Assembly: GCA_021613535.1 (NCBI GenBank)
Contig: CP075494.1
Location: forward strand, 682,001-746,000
Reading direction: 5' to 3'
Source of the DNA: Adineta vaga
Taxonomy: Eukaryota; Animalia; Rotifera
Length of the DNA: 64,000 nt
Shown piece after piece: positions 15,201 to 25,900 of this stretch (positions within the stretch are counted from its first letter, which is position 1; each line of letters opens with the position of its first letter). A program made the position numbers and the translations under genes. The notes under the pieces were generated by a model. That model saw nothing but the letters and a program-made list of their open reading frames with translations, was not told where the DNA came from and did not search any database.

Positions 15201-18200
15201 CAATATCATCTAATAATGAACAAATTAATCTTGATGGATCTATACTTGAACCAATATCATTGGATAAAGATGATTTTGTTGCTAAATTTGATCTGATGTT
15301 AAGTTTTACACAGAAATCGTCGAACGAAATATCATGTAGTTTAATTTGTTCACAAGATCGATATGATCAATCAACAGTAGAAATATTACTTGAACGATTT
15401 TCACATCTTTTATCTCAACTATTTGATTCATCAATATCTTCAATTGAAGAACAATTATCATTATATAAATTATCTATTATTTTACCAAAAGAACAAATCA
15501 TAATTGATACTATGAAAAATCATGATATTAATCGATCAGCAGCACCAAAACTGACCATTCCACAACTATTTTGTCAACAAGTAATGGATCATCCACAAAA
15601 GATAGCTGTTGAGCTTGACGAACAAATGTTAAGTTATAATGAATTATATTTTTATGTACAAGAATTATCAAGTATGCTGATAGATATAAATGATGTAAAA
15701 GAAGGTGATATTGTATGTCAATGTGTAGAAAGAAGTATTTCAATGGTAAAACAAAGATTTCACATGAAGATTGTACACTTTTGAAAGCTTTAATTGTTTG
15801 TATAGGTTATTGGAATTTTATCAATTGAGATGGTAGGTGCAGTCTATTGTCCACTATCACCACAAGATCCAAAACAACGTCTGCAGACTCTAGTGAAAGA
15901 AACTAGAAGTCATCTTGTTCTCGTCCATTCATTGACACAAAGCAAACTTGATGCAAATGGAATCACGATGAACATGGACACAACAATAAATGTAAATAGA
16001 ATAATAAGCGATAATGATCTTGATCGCCTGTCATGCATTAATGTAACAACCGAGAGTATTGGTTATATTATTTTCACAAGTGGTTCTACAGGCATACCAA
16101 AAGCAGTTAGTGTTAAATAATTGTTTTGAAAACATATGTTTATATAATTTCGTGTCCTTTTTAAGGCTCAATTCCGACAACGAAATTTTATTGAATATAC
16201 TCGATCGTTTGTTGAAGTGGGAGTATTCAGCAAAAACGATACTGTACTGCAAACGACTAAATGTTCATTTGATATCCATGTTGAAGATCTTATTGGAACA
16301 TTTGTTATTGGTGCATCATTAGTCATGATGCGTCCAGATGGTCTCATGGATTTTCCATACTTGATTGATTTAGTTGATAGCAAAAAAATAACCTATTTCA
16401 ATAGTGTACCGAGTTATCTTGCAGCGTTGTGTTTATATCTTGATAGATGCTTGGAAAACGTCTCTTTAAATCATGTTCGATCTATCTGCTCAGGTGGTAA
16501 GTACAAAATCATTAAAGATAAGACTTAAATTTGGTCTTTTTGGAATGATTTTATTCTAAAGAAAGAAGTTTAGTAGTTGCGGGAAAAGGACGAACGTCAA
16601 GTCTTTCTATCGATGATTTAAGAAAATTCGATTAGTTTTTCTTATAAAAAATTATTAACATAAATACTGTTTTGTAGGCGAAACTCTACCAATTCAATTG
16701 ATACATCACTTAAACAAACATTTCGCGTCAACATCTGAAAATCGATGTCATATTTGGAATCTTTATGGTCCTGCTGAAATCACTATTGGCTGCACTATTC
16801 AACTAGTTGATGCTACTTGTGAACAGAGTACTATTCCAATCGGTTCCTTGATTCCTGGTTATCGTTGTGTAATCCTCGATGATTTTGGAGAGCCTGTCTT
16901 TGTTGGTCAAGAAGGTGAATTACTTGTGACTGGTGTAGGTGTTTATGCTGGCTATTTGGGACGTGATGATTTAACCGAGAAGGCACTTGTCCATATGCAT
17001 GACGAACTATTCTATAAAACTGGTGATCTTGTACGAGCGGACAATAACTGTGTAGTACATTACGTTGGTCGTAAAGATCATCAGGTCAAATTACATGGTC
17101 AACGCATTGAATTAGGTGAAATTGAACGTTGTTTACGTGACGCATCATCAGATGTCCTAGGCTCTGTCGTTGTTCAGTGGGGCAAAGATCACTTGATTGC
17201 TTATGTTCAAGGTTACAATCTTAATATAGAACAATTACGCAATTATTGCCGATCTCGTTTGGCACGTTTTATGATTCCATCATTGATTATTGCGCTGGAA
17301 AAATTTCCATTGAATCCAAATGGAAAATTAGATCGAAAGCTTCTTCCAACGCCAGACTTCTCAACAATGATTGAATCTCAAGATACTGATCAATCACAAT
17401 TAACAGAGCTTGAACAACGTCTATTGCCTATTTTTGCACAAGCATTTCATCTCGAATCACCGAATGTTAATGTTCCATTTGGTCAACTTGGTGGTACTTC
17501 ATTAGATGTCATCATGGCACTTTCTATGATTCGAGAACAAATCTATAAAAATATTGGAGTTACCGTTCTTTATGACAATCCATCAATAAGACAACTCGCG
17601 CAAATTCTCGAGCCATTGATCATCGACCAAGACGAAGAACAAAAACAAAATATATCTACAACACTAACAACGCCCCAACTTGAAGAAGATCAATATCGAG
17701 TCATGCCATCAATATTTATTGAAACATTAGGCATACTAGTTCTCATATGTCAATGGTTATTTCCAATATGGATGGCATATCGTTATAATTGTTACTTCTC
17801 TATCTTGTTAATGCCATTAGTTCATATGTTAATGTATGTTATCTGCCAACATTTATTACTTTGGTCAGAAACTAAGGTGACAAAAGTCAACATGTTGTAT
17901 TCGTGGAGTTATTATCGATGGTGGTTTCTAGAACGTTTATGGTCAATTAATAATTCATATTGGTTAAAATATCTGTTGGGTACACCATTTTATAATTTTT
18001 ATCTGCGGTTATGTGGTGCACGAATTGGTCGTGGTGTTCATATTTTTTCAACATTAATTGATGCACCTTGGTTACTTGAAGTGGGTGATTCGACATTCAT
18101 CGATACTGATGCAATCTTTTCTAATCTATCCTACTATGAACAAACATATAAACTTAATCTAATTCGTATTGGATCATATTGCTCGATTGGTACACGTTGT

Positions 18201-19718
18201 GTCCTTTATGATGAAGTCACAATACCAGATAATACTTATATTGAATCTATGTCTAAACTGACTGGTGATGTTTCGCCAACAATAAAACATACATCCATCA
18301 ACGATCGATCTTTCTCATGGAAACAAGTTATTTATCAATTAATATGTCTCCTTTGTCTTATAATCATCCATAGTACTCTTCTAACTTTAACTTACAAGAT
18401 ATATCAATTTTGTTTAACTATTTGTATGCCAATACCGATTGCTATCGCCTTAAGTTGGTTGTTCTGGACTATAATGTGTCTCTCCGTTGTTATGTTCTTA
18501 TTGAAATATATCATAGGATCTGTAACACCAGGCAATTATCCAGTCAATTCTTATTACTTTTTACATCGAGTATGGTTACGTCAATTGATAATATCGTCAT
18601 TTCATCGTTCGTATGAATTCTTATCATCATACAGCACAATCTCTAATGTTTTACTTTCTTGGTTAAATGCCGATATCGAAGATGACGTTAAATTTGGTGA
18701 ATTTCAACCAATTCTATCTTTTCCATCAAATCTTCTTAAAATTCAACAAGGTGTAACTACGTTTGCAAAAGTTAGATTAGCTCCATTTGAAATAACACCA
18801 GCGGGTGATTGTCGTTTAAATACGATTATACTTGGTTCTGGTTCAAATCTTGGTAATGGATGCACATTATTGCCTGGCACGCGACTTCCTAATAAAACTA
18901 TGGTCGGTAATTTGACTTTAATCACTGAGAATACATCTATCTCTGGTGCTGGATCAGTATTGCTCGGTATTCCATCTCGTCAAATGCCTTTTATAATGCC
19001 CGAAGAAGAAACAATGTCTATAGATAAATTACCATCATTGAAATCTTCATCTTTGCGCATTTTTATGAGTACATGTATGATTTACTTACTAAGCAAATGT
19101 ATATTTACTACTATCTATTGGCTATTACCTACTTTCATTGCACCAATAGTTCATGCATGTCTTTTCTGTATAATGCATCGTTACTTAATTTTAAGTACAT
19201 CATCAGAAGCAACTTTTACCTATTCAGAGACAATCACTCGTACACATGAATTCATTTCTACAGCTCTAATTGAATTTAATATCTTCATCGGTCCATTTTT
19301 ATCAGGAACACAATATCTTGTTCATCTCTTTCGTATACTTGGTGCTCATATTGGACAAGATGTCATTTTACCTACTATTGGTTGTCTTACCGATCCTCAT
19401 CTTATAACAATTGGTAATCATGTTCGTCTTCAAACAGAAGCTTGTCTTCAGGTTAATATATTATAATACAAATCTGTCTTTATGATAATTGTTTTTTTCT
19501 TCTTCTATTTTTAGCCTCATACATTTGAACAACGTATATTTAAAGTGGCACCAATTATTGTTCAAGATTCCAGTATACTGATGAGCTATTCAAATGTACT
19601 TGCTGGATCAACACTTCACGGTCGAAATCGTCTTTATCCTCTTACACTTGTCATGAAATATGATCAATTACCGTTGAATACGACTTGGTCCGGTGTACCA
19701 GCACGACAGATTGACTAA
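298..19718 (+). CDS. Giant multimodular NRPS, C-C-A-T-C-C-A-T-C-A-T-C-A-T plus Pls-type membrane terminal domain; 20 exons, ~6016 aa
   Basis: Exons by GT-AG and frame: 298-1834, 1896-2450, 2500-3862, 3931-3970, 4030-4360, 4423-5403, 5465-6883, 6944-7498, 7548-8910, 8979-9018, 9078-9408, 9471-10451, 10513-12152, 12213-12512, 12567-12897, 13071-15745, 15806-16105, 16166-16496, 16678-19451, 19515-19718 (sum 18051, divisible by 3). C domains start S(F/Y)AQxRI and carry HHIAFD, HHALFD, HHSAFD, HHALFD, HHITFD, HHSAFD. Each A domain has FTSGSTGxPK, NxYGPAE, Y(R/K)TGD, GRxDxQVKLxGQRIELxEIE and GKLDR. T-domain Ser motifs are GGHSM, GGHSM, GGHSL, GGTSL. Confidence 0.93.
1896..5517 (+). repeat. Copy 1 of ~3.6 kb intragenic duplication (C2-A1-T1); copy 2 at 6944-10565
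   Basis: Constant offset of 5048 bp (ORFs 2520/7568, 4003/9051, 4455/9503); introns are also almost identical. Confidence 0.97.
6944..10565 (+). repeat. Copy 2 of ~3.6 kb intragenic duplication (C4-A2-T2)
   Basis: Near-identical to 1896-5517 except ~9129-9378 and ~9490-9590. Confidence 0.97.
11012..12277 (+). repeat. ~1.27 kb duplication (C-terminal half of C plus start of A); copy at 14605-15870, partial third copy at 5946-6746
   Basis: Offset 3593 (ORFs 11935/15528, 12237/15830). 5757-6746 also matches from 14416 onward. Confidence 0.95.
17700..19718 (+). other. Pls/PosA-like NRPS terminal domain (6 TM helices, three hexapeptide-repeat beta-helix segments)
   Basis: Three pairs of hydrophobic helices, each followed by an LbH-like segment: YLRLCGARIGRGVHI...LLEVGDSTFI...IRIGSYCSIGTRCVL; LGSGSNLGNGCTLLPG; FRILGAHIGQDVIL...LITIGNHVRL. 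Ends PHTFEQRIFK...LYPLTLVMKYDQLPLNTTWSGVPA, which matches the Pls-type C-terminus as I recall it. Confidence 0.8.
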
Positions 19719-19868
19719 AATAAATTTAATTTACTTGTTATAATGTCTTTTTTCAAATTTTTAATATATATATATATTTATTGTAAATATGGTTTGTATT
19801 TAAACGCTTTTTTCAGATTTTTTTAACTTATTCTTCTCTCGGTCCAATTTGGAAATCTTCAAATTAGA

Positions 19869-21362
19869 ATGGCATGGTGGTTTTCCTTAATTTTAGTCTA
19901 TTTAATTAGTGTAGTGATATTTCATATTTACATTCGTTATTTATCTACTCAACGACATAATTTTAATTCAAAATATCCACCTGTAATAATCGAACCTTGG
20001 TATTGTCCATTTCTAGGTTCTATTCTTTCGATGTTAGATCTTGAATCATCTGTGAATAGATGGTCTACAAAATATGGTGATAATTTTACATTATTTATGT
20101 TTGGAAAATATTATACAGTTATTACAAATTATGTTGATTTGAAAAAATATTATCATGCAACTGAAGAAATGCTCAGTATGTCAAGAGCAGCATCAATTAT
20201 GTTAGGATCATCATATCCTGAAAGTCAATATTTAATAGAATATAATGTCGTACCTTATTTACATAGTATTTTAAATTCCAATCATTTATCTCGTATGATA
20301 TCAAATACTGAAATGGTTATAAATGATTATTTTAATAAACAAAATGGACAATTTTGGATTGAAAATAGTAATGAAACTAAAATTGATTTATTTCAATTTA
20401 TGTATCGTCTTGTCGTACGTATGAATTCAATTAATTTTATATCATCAAATATTTACAAAAATCATGCCGAAGAAGTTATTGATATATTTGCTTCATTAAC
20501 GGTTGAAAAAGATTTCCTAAGTCCAATTATAGATGGTGGTAAAAAACTATTAAAACTAAAAACTAAAAAAGATATTGCTTGGGAACGATGGATATCTCTT
20601 CTCATGCCAGATATTGAACGATGTTTAAATATGATTGAAAATCATATTGAACCAACTGATTTCGATATAATCTATGAAAATGTTAAATATTCAAAAGAAG
20701 AATTAGAAAAACGAGGTGAATTATTTACACCACGATTAGTGGCTTATTTTGCTTATATGTCTATTGTTCCAGCACAACATAACACATATATATCAGCGTC
20801 ATATATAATTCTCGAATGGATTCGTCATGAATATGATGAAATTGGTCAACGAATTAAAAATGAAATTGATAATGTACCAGTAAATGGTAAATTAACAATT
20901 GAATATTTGAATTCAATGGAATATGTGCAAGGATGTATTTATGAAGTAATTAGATTGCATACTGATTTTCTATTGAGTTTGAGACATGCTGGTGAAGATA
21001 TTCCTCTTTCACAAGACAAATTTATTCCATCGGGAAATCTTGTTGTAACTCCATTAACTGGTGCAAAAGATTTATATCTGAATCCAATGGAATTTGATCC
21101 CGAAAGACATTTGAAACCACGAGAAGAGATGAAAGCAGATCCATATAGAGCATTACCTTTCGGACGAGGCAGACATGCTTGTGTTGGAGAAAGATATGCT
21201 AAAATGCAAATTAAAATTTTATTAGTTCGATTATCAAAACTATGCAAAATGGAATTAATGTCGGAATCGATCAATTATGAAACAACAATCAATAAAAAGC
21301 AATTGGCAGGATTAAGTCATCCAACAAAACCTGTTTTCATTAAAATCTCCAAGAATGTATAA
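19869..21362 (+). CDS. Cytochrome P450, intronless, CYP51/CYP7-like
   Basis: N-terminal TM anchor, I-helix PAQHNT, EVIR (ExxR), FDPERH, heme motif PFGRGRHACVG; AATAAA at ~21418. Confidence 0.92.
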   Translation: MAWWFSLILVYLISVVIFHIYIRYLSTQRHNFNSKYPPVIIEPWYCPFLGSILSMLDLESSVNRWSTKYGDNFTLFMFGKYYTVITNYVDLKKYYHATEEMLSMSRAASIMLGSSYPESQYLIEYNVVPYLHSILNSNHLSRMISNTEMVINDYFNKQNGQFWIENSNETKIDLFQFMYRLVVRMNSINFISSNIYKNHAEEVIDIFASLTVEKDFLSPIIDGGKKLLKLKTKKDIAWERWISLLMPDIERCLNMIENHIEPTDFDIIYENVKYSKEELEKRGELFTPRLVAYFAYMSIVPAQHNTYISASYIILEWIRHEYDEIGQRIKNEIDNVPVNGKLTIEYLNSMEYVQGCIYEVIRLHTDFLLSLRHAGEDIPLSQDKFIPSGNLVVTPLTGAKDLYLNPMEFDPERHLKPREEMKADPYRALPFGRGRHACVGERYAKMQIKILLVRLSKLCKMELMSESINYETTINKKQLAGLSHPTKPVFIKISKNV

Positions 21363-22357
21363 TGAAATATATGTTAAACTTGTCAGAAGTCTTTAATCAA
21401 AAATTGACTTCAATGTAAATAAAGACATATTTATTTCATTTTAATAATGTGCATTTCGTAAATAAAAAAAAATGTTTTTCACTATTTTTTGATGATTTAT
21501 TGTTCCTTGATAGATGTTCGAAAACGAACTCTTGAGTTGAAAAGGCAACATCGAGATTGTCTATGGCTGAAAACTGATTGTGGTATAAGTAGTTTTAACT
21601 ATTAATACCTATCCATTTTATGTTAACTCCTGAAGAAGCAAAACTATTAATGAGAAGTTCATTCTCTTCGTTGGTTCATTTTATCTGTTGTTCTCATATC
21701 AATTAACTGAATGATCATATTATATGATGAATGAATAACAAGCACAAACATGACATAATCTACGTGTTACTATCTAATTAAAGTGAGATATTGATGGAAA
21801 AGAATGTACAGTGTGGTTTGTGACAGTCTTTATTTTGACATGTATTAAAAATGATGTCGATTTTCATAACTTTCTTTCATCGTTATAATCACCGTTATTT
21901 TTTTATGAAAAATATTTTTAAATAAATTTTTTAGAAATAAATCAAACAAGTAATACGATGTTATTGATATAGTTATATACACATTTATTTTAAAACTTTT
22001 ATTTGAGAATAAGATAAAAGCGAGCAAATATCTATTATGATAAATTTAACATGAATTCAAAAGGTTATTTAGAGTTTTGTTGAATACACTAATAGCAATA
22101 ATATCTAATCGATAATTACCATTTAAATCCGTAATTACTACTGTTGATAATTGTCTGTCCACTGTTAAAGCCATTGCTGAAGGTGGGTATGGAAGAAGAG
22201 CCATGAACACCTACATCATTGTGGAATTCACATATATTTTTTTTAGGGAAAATAATGGAGTGTAAGTCGAGAAATTCAGTTCGCTCCCCTCTCCTCGCCC
22301 TTCATTAAAGACACAACCCGATTTCAGCCCTAAAGGGACTGCATTGAAAAGCAAGCT

Positions 22358-22545
22358 TTTCAAGTTCTTTAAAATGACATCAGTAAAATGAGGATAGAAT
22401 TATCCACAGTGAAGATAAATGTATTATAATTATCGTGATCAGAGAGTTTCGTTCTTATAATTAATTACCACAAATATGCAATAGGTTTTCTTCGCTACTA
22501 ATTATTGAATCCTCCTTTTTCTGATGTCATTTTGAAGAGCTCGAA
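22358..22545. repeat. Imperfect ~40 bp inverted repeat, probably a DNA transposon relic
   Basis: tttcaagttctttaaaatgacatcagtaaaatgaggat pairs with atcctcctttttctgatgtcattttgaagagctcgaaa. Confidence 0.5.
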
Positions 22546-22984
22546 ATTCTGAACATAAAACATCAAATTGAATTATTTTCTCAAGAAAACGATTATTAAA
22601 AACTCTTTGTTTCTATTTTTCAATCATGAAAAACTGACCTTACAGTTCACTAAATAGCAAATATTTTATATTTACAAAAAAATCCGTAATGAAAACATAT
22701 TGAGAAAATCAATGTTAAATCACGGCTTAGTTTATTTCTAAAAAGTCATGTTTTAAATAATGTCAAAATATAATTGATAAGAAATTTTTCTTATAAAATA
22801 AAAAGAAGATGATTGATAATATATATATATATATAATAAAATTTGACGTTAGTAGAAAAATGTTCTTCTAGTTCAAAACTAAACTTCTCAATATCATTAT
22901 TCTCCTATTTTTTCTTTTTAATCGCAGATAAAGATGATTGAAATTTCATTTCTAGATTAAAATATCTTAATCATTCGAATATTA

Positions 22985-25900
22985 ATGAATTTAAAATCTT
23001 TATTTCATTGGATTTACGATCAAATACATGATTACAATTTATTTATAACGGAACCATTTGAAAATAACAATACCAATAATAATGAATCGATGGAACAATC
23101 AGAAATCATTATTAAACAGCAAAAATATACAACTTGGTTTTTTGTTTTTCTTCTTATCAGTAAGAAATATAAAAATTCATTTTTTTTTCTCAAAAAACCC
23201 TTTCTGGAATAATTATCATATTCTACGATGTTACCTACAGTAAAATCTCTTATATATCGTTTTAATATATGAACAGATAAACATAAAACTCAACAAAGCA
23301 ATATACTCTTTCATAATCTATAAGACAAAAGAAAAGTAAATTTGACATATTATTTTTTTTCTCTTTAGCATCTCTTTATATGATATTCTATATTGCACTT
23401 TTACATCCACATACTGAAAAGATCAATATTTCTTATATAAATTTAACCATTATTGACGAACTTCGATCAAATTATATTGAAAGTTTTTCATGTTCATGTT
23501 CAAAATCTACAATACCGTATAAAACTTTCGTTTCAAATACAATTACATTTCATCCTATTTGCTCGAGTATTTTCATCAGTAAACAATGGATTGAAGCATT
23601 TTATAATGACTATATAAATCAAAAGTTCGTTTATGAAATAAAAACAGTATTTGGTCCACAGGTAAATAAATCTTTAATAGTAAGGGTGTGGGTATGAGTG
23701 ACAGAAGATATGAATACCCACCCTTGTATTTATTGTTTTTATTTAGTTTAAACTTTTAAATTATTTATGTTCATCATTTAATGATATTGTATTACGAAAC
23801 AAAATTAAGTTTGAAAATCAAAATCTTTTTACAGTCGAATTTGTTTCAAAAAAACGACTTGAATTTGAAATAAATTCATATTTCGAACATATTATAAATA
23901 GTATGAATATAGAAATAATTACATTTATCAATTATATTCGACTTACAACTCATGCAAATTATTTTATATCGGGTCTAAGTACAAATTTACAACCTGTTAT
24001 TCATTCTCTGATAAAAAGAAATAATATGACACTTGTCAATGGTAAATGGACGAGAATTCGTACAAAAGAAGATATGCCTGAACAATCTAATCCTTTAACT
24101 TGTGTCAATACTAATGGAATTACACATTTTCTTTTCATAGAAGGTGTAGATTCTAATGGTTATGTAAGTATGCATATTAATTAATTAATGATAATTCTTG
24201 TACTTGATAAAAGAAAAGAAAATTTAATTTAAAAATACAAATTTCTATTTTCTTAATTAGCCTTATAATAGTCCAAATGGATTTGTTCAAGGATGTTTTG
24301 CATTTGAAGGACTTATTGTAAATACATTATATTGTTTACGTAATATTAATTGTACAAAATTAACATTTTCTTCTTTTGAAATATTTCAGAAAGTATTTAT
24401 TTAAAATATTTCTTTGTTTTTTTTTTGAAATATCTCTATTTATTTAGATAAAGATGAATTTGACGGATTATATTTTACCTAAAATAGAAAATGAAGAAAA
24501 TCAAACAATTTATGATCATTTACATAATCTTTTTATTGAAAAATGGTTAACAAATATAAATTATTCAGATTATTTCCATGAATGTTCACCATCATTTTGT
24601 ACATACAATAAAATACGACAAACAAAATTTTCTAATGCATTTGCTCTTTTAATTAGTCTTTATGGTGGTCTCATTATCATATGTAGAATTTTATCATTAT
24701 TTATTATTAATATTTTATTTAAAATTAAATATCAATCGAATAATATTCAAATAAATTCGGGTAAAATTTTTAATAAAATAAAATCAAATAAATCTTGATT
24801 TCATATTGTTTTAGAAAATATTCTTTTTTTATATCCAAAAGAATTTATTCAATGGTTAAAACAATTAAATTTATTTGAAAATAATAACAATCAAATAGAA
24901 TATTTAATTAAACAAGAAATTATCAGTACACGTGTTTATATAATCATGTTAATTGGTATAATTTATTATTCTAACTGAATTTATTTAAGAAATCATCATC
25001 TATATAAAATATCTGTGTGAAAATTAGAGTCTTGCACGGATACAAATTTTGATATCCGGAATCGACTGTAGTCAGATTGATTGCGAAATATGAGTTTATT
25101 TCGTTATAATGACTAACAAAGAAAAACAAATGAATCAGAATTTCATTTTGGTCACAATGCTTCGAGGATGGTTCCATGAAAGATACTCCCGCAATAGTTG
25201 CTCGCCCATGACATTTACTTCCGAGATTCAGGTCAAGACTGGCTCTCCCTCTATCGTCCTCATCCTCAACTATTCGATGAGCAAGTGTCTCGTAAGCAAC
25301 AGTCGTGTTATCATCACTTAATCATTAGCGTTGCTTTTTAAAAACTTCTTTTCTTTCTATATTAATAACAGTATTAGATTAAAATGTTAGAAAAAGTCTG
25401 CGATGTTACTAGTGACAGGGTTGGGTACCGGGTACTCACAGTATAGTACAGAATATGCCCTTCAGAGACAACATGCGTTGAGAGAAATATTTAATTCTGT
25501 TCTTTCTATTATAATTTAGGTTTAATTCTTTCGATTATTTTATTTAATTCATCGATGAGTCGAACAGTAACATTAACATTATCTAATCCATCGTTAAATG
25601 ATTATAATAGTTTACAAATATTATATTCAAATACAGTTAAATGTCCGTGTTCTACAATGATTATTTCTCATAATGATTTTATTAAATTAAATGTAATTTT
25701 ACATGAAATATGTTCAAGTGATTTTATAAGTAAATCATGGATAACAATTTTACAATTTTCTTTTATTGAAGAAGTTGAAAAAGATTGGCGTAATTATGCT
25801 CAAGCACAATTTCAATTATTATCAGATTTATGTAATTTCGCTCATAAAACAATTGATGATAATATTCGTAGTTTTCTTATACGAAATTTTATTACTACAA

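Noticed and set aside
298-19466. The ORF track suggests many separate or broken NRPS genes
   Set aside because: All gaps are canonical GT-AG introns, and splicing gives one continuous frame.
484-21274. Short antisense and alternate-frame ORFs over the NRPS and P450
   Set aside because: Shadow ORFs with no motifs; their repeats simply mirror the duplications.
298-21362. Bacterial or fungal contaminant contig
   Set aside because: 19 short spliceosomal introns of the same style as neighbouring genes, and contiguity with animal-type genes (UGT, GPCR, serpin, dispanin). A bacterial source is excluded and a fungal one is unlikely.
21510-21660. Possible Sen34-like remnant (LKRQHR...LTPEEAKLLM)
   Set aside because: Too short and frame-broken to support without a search.
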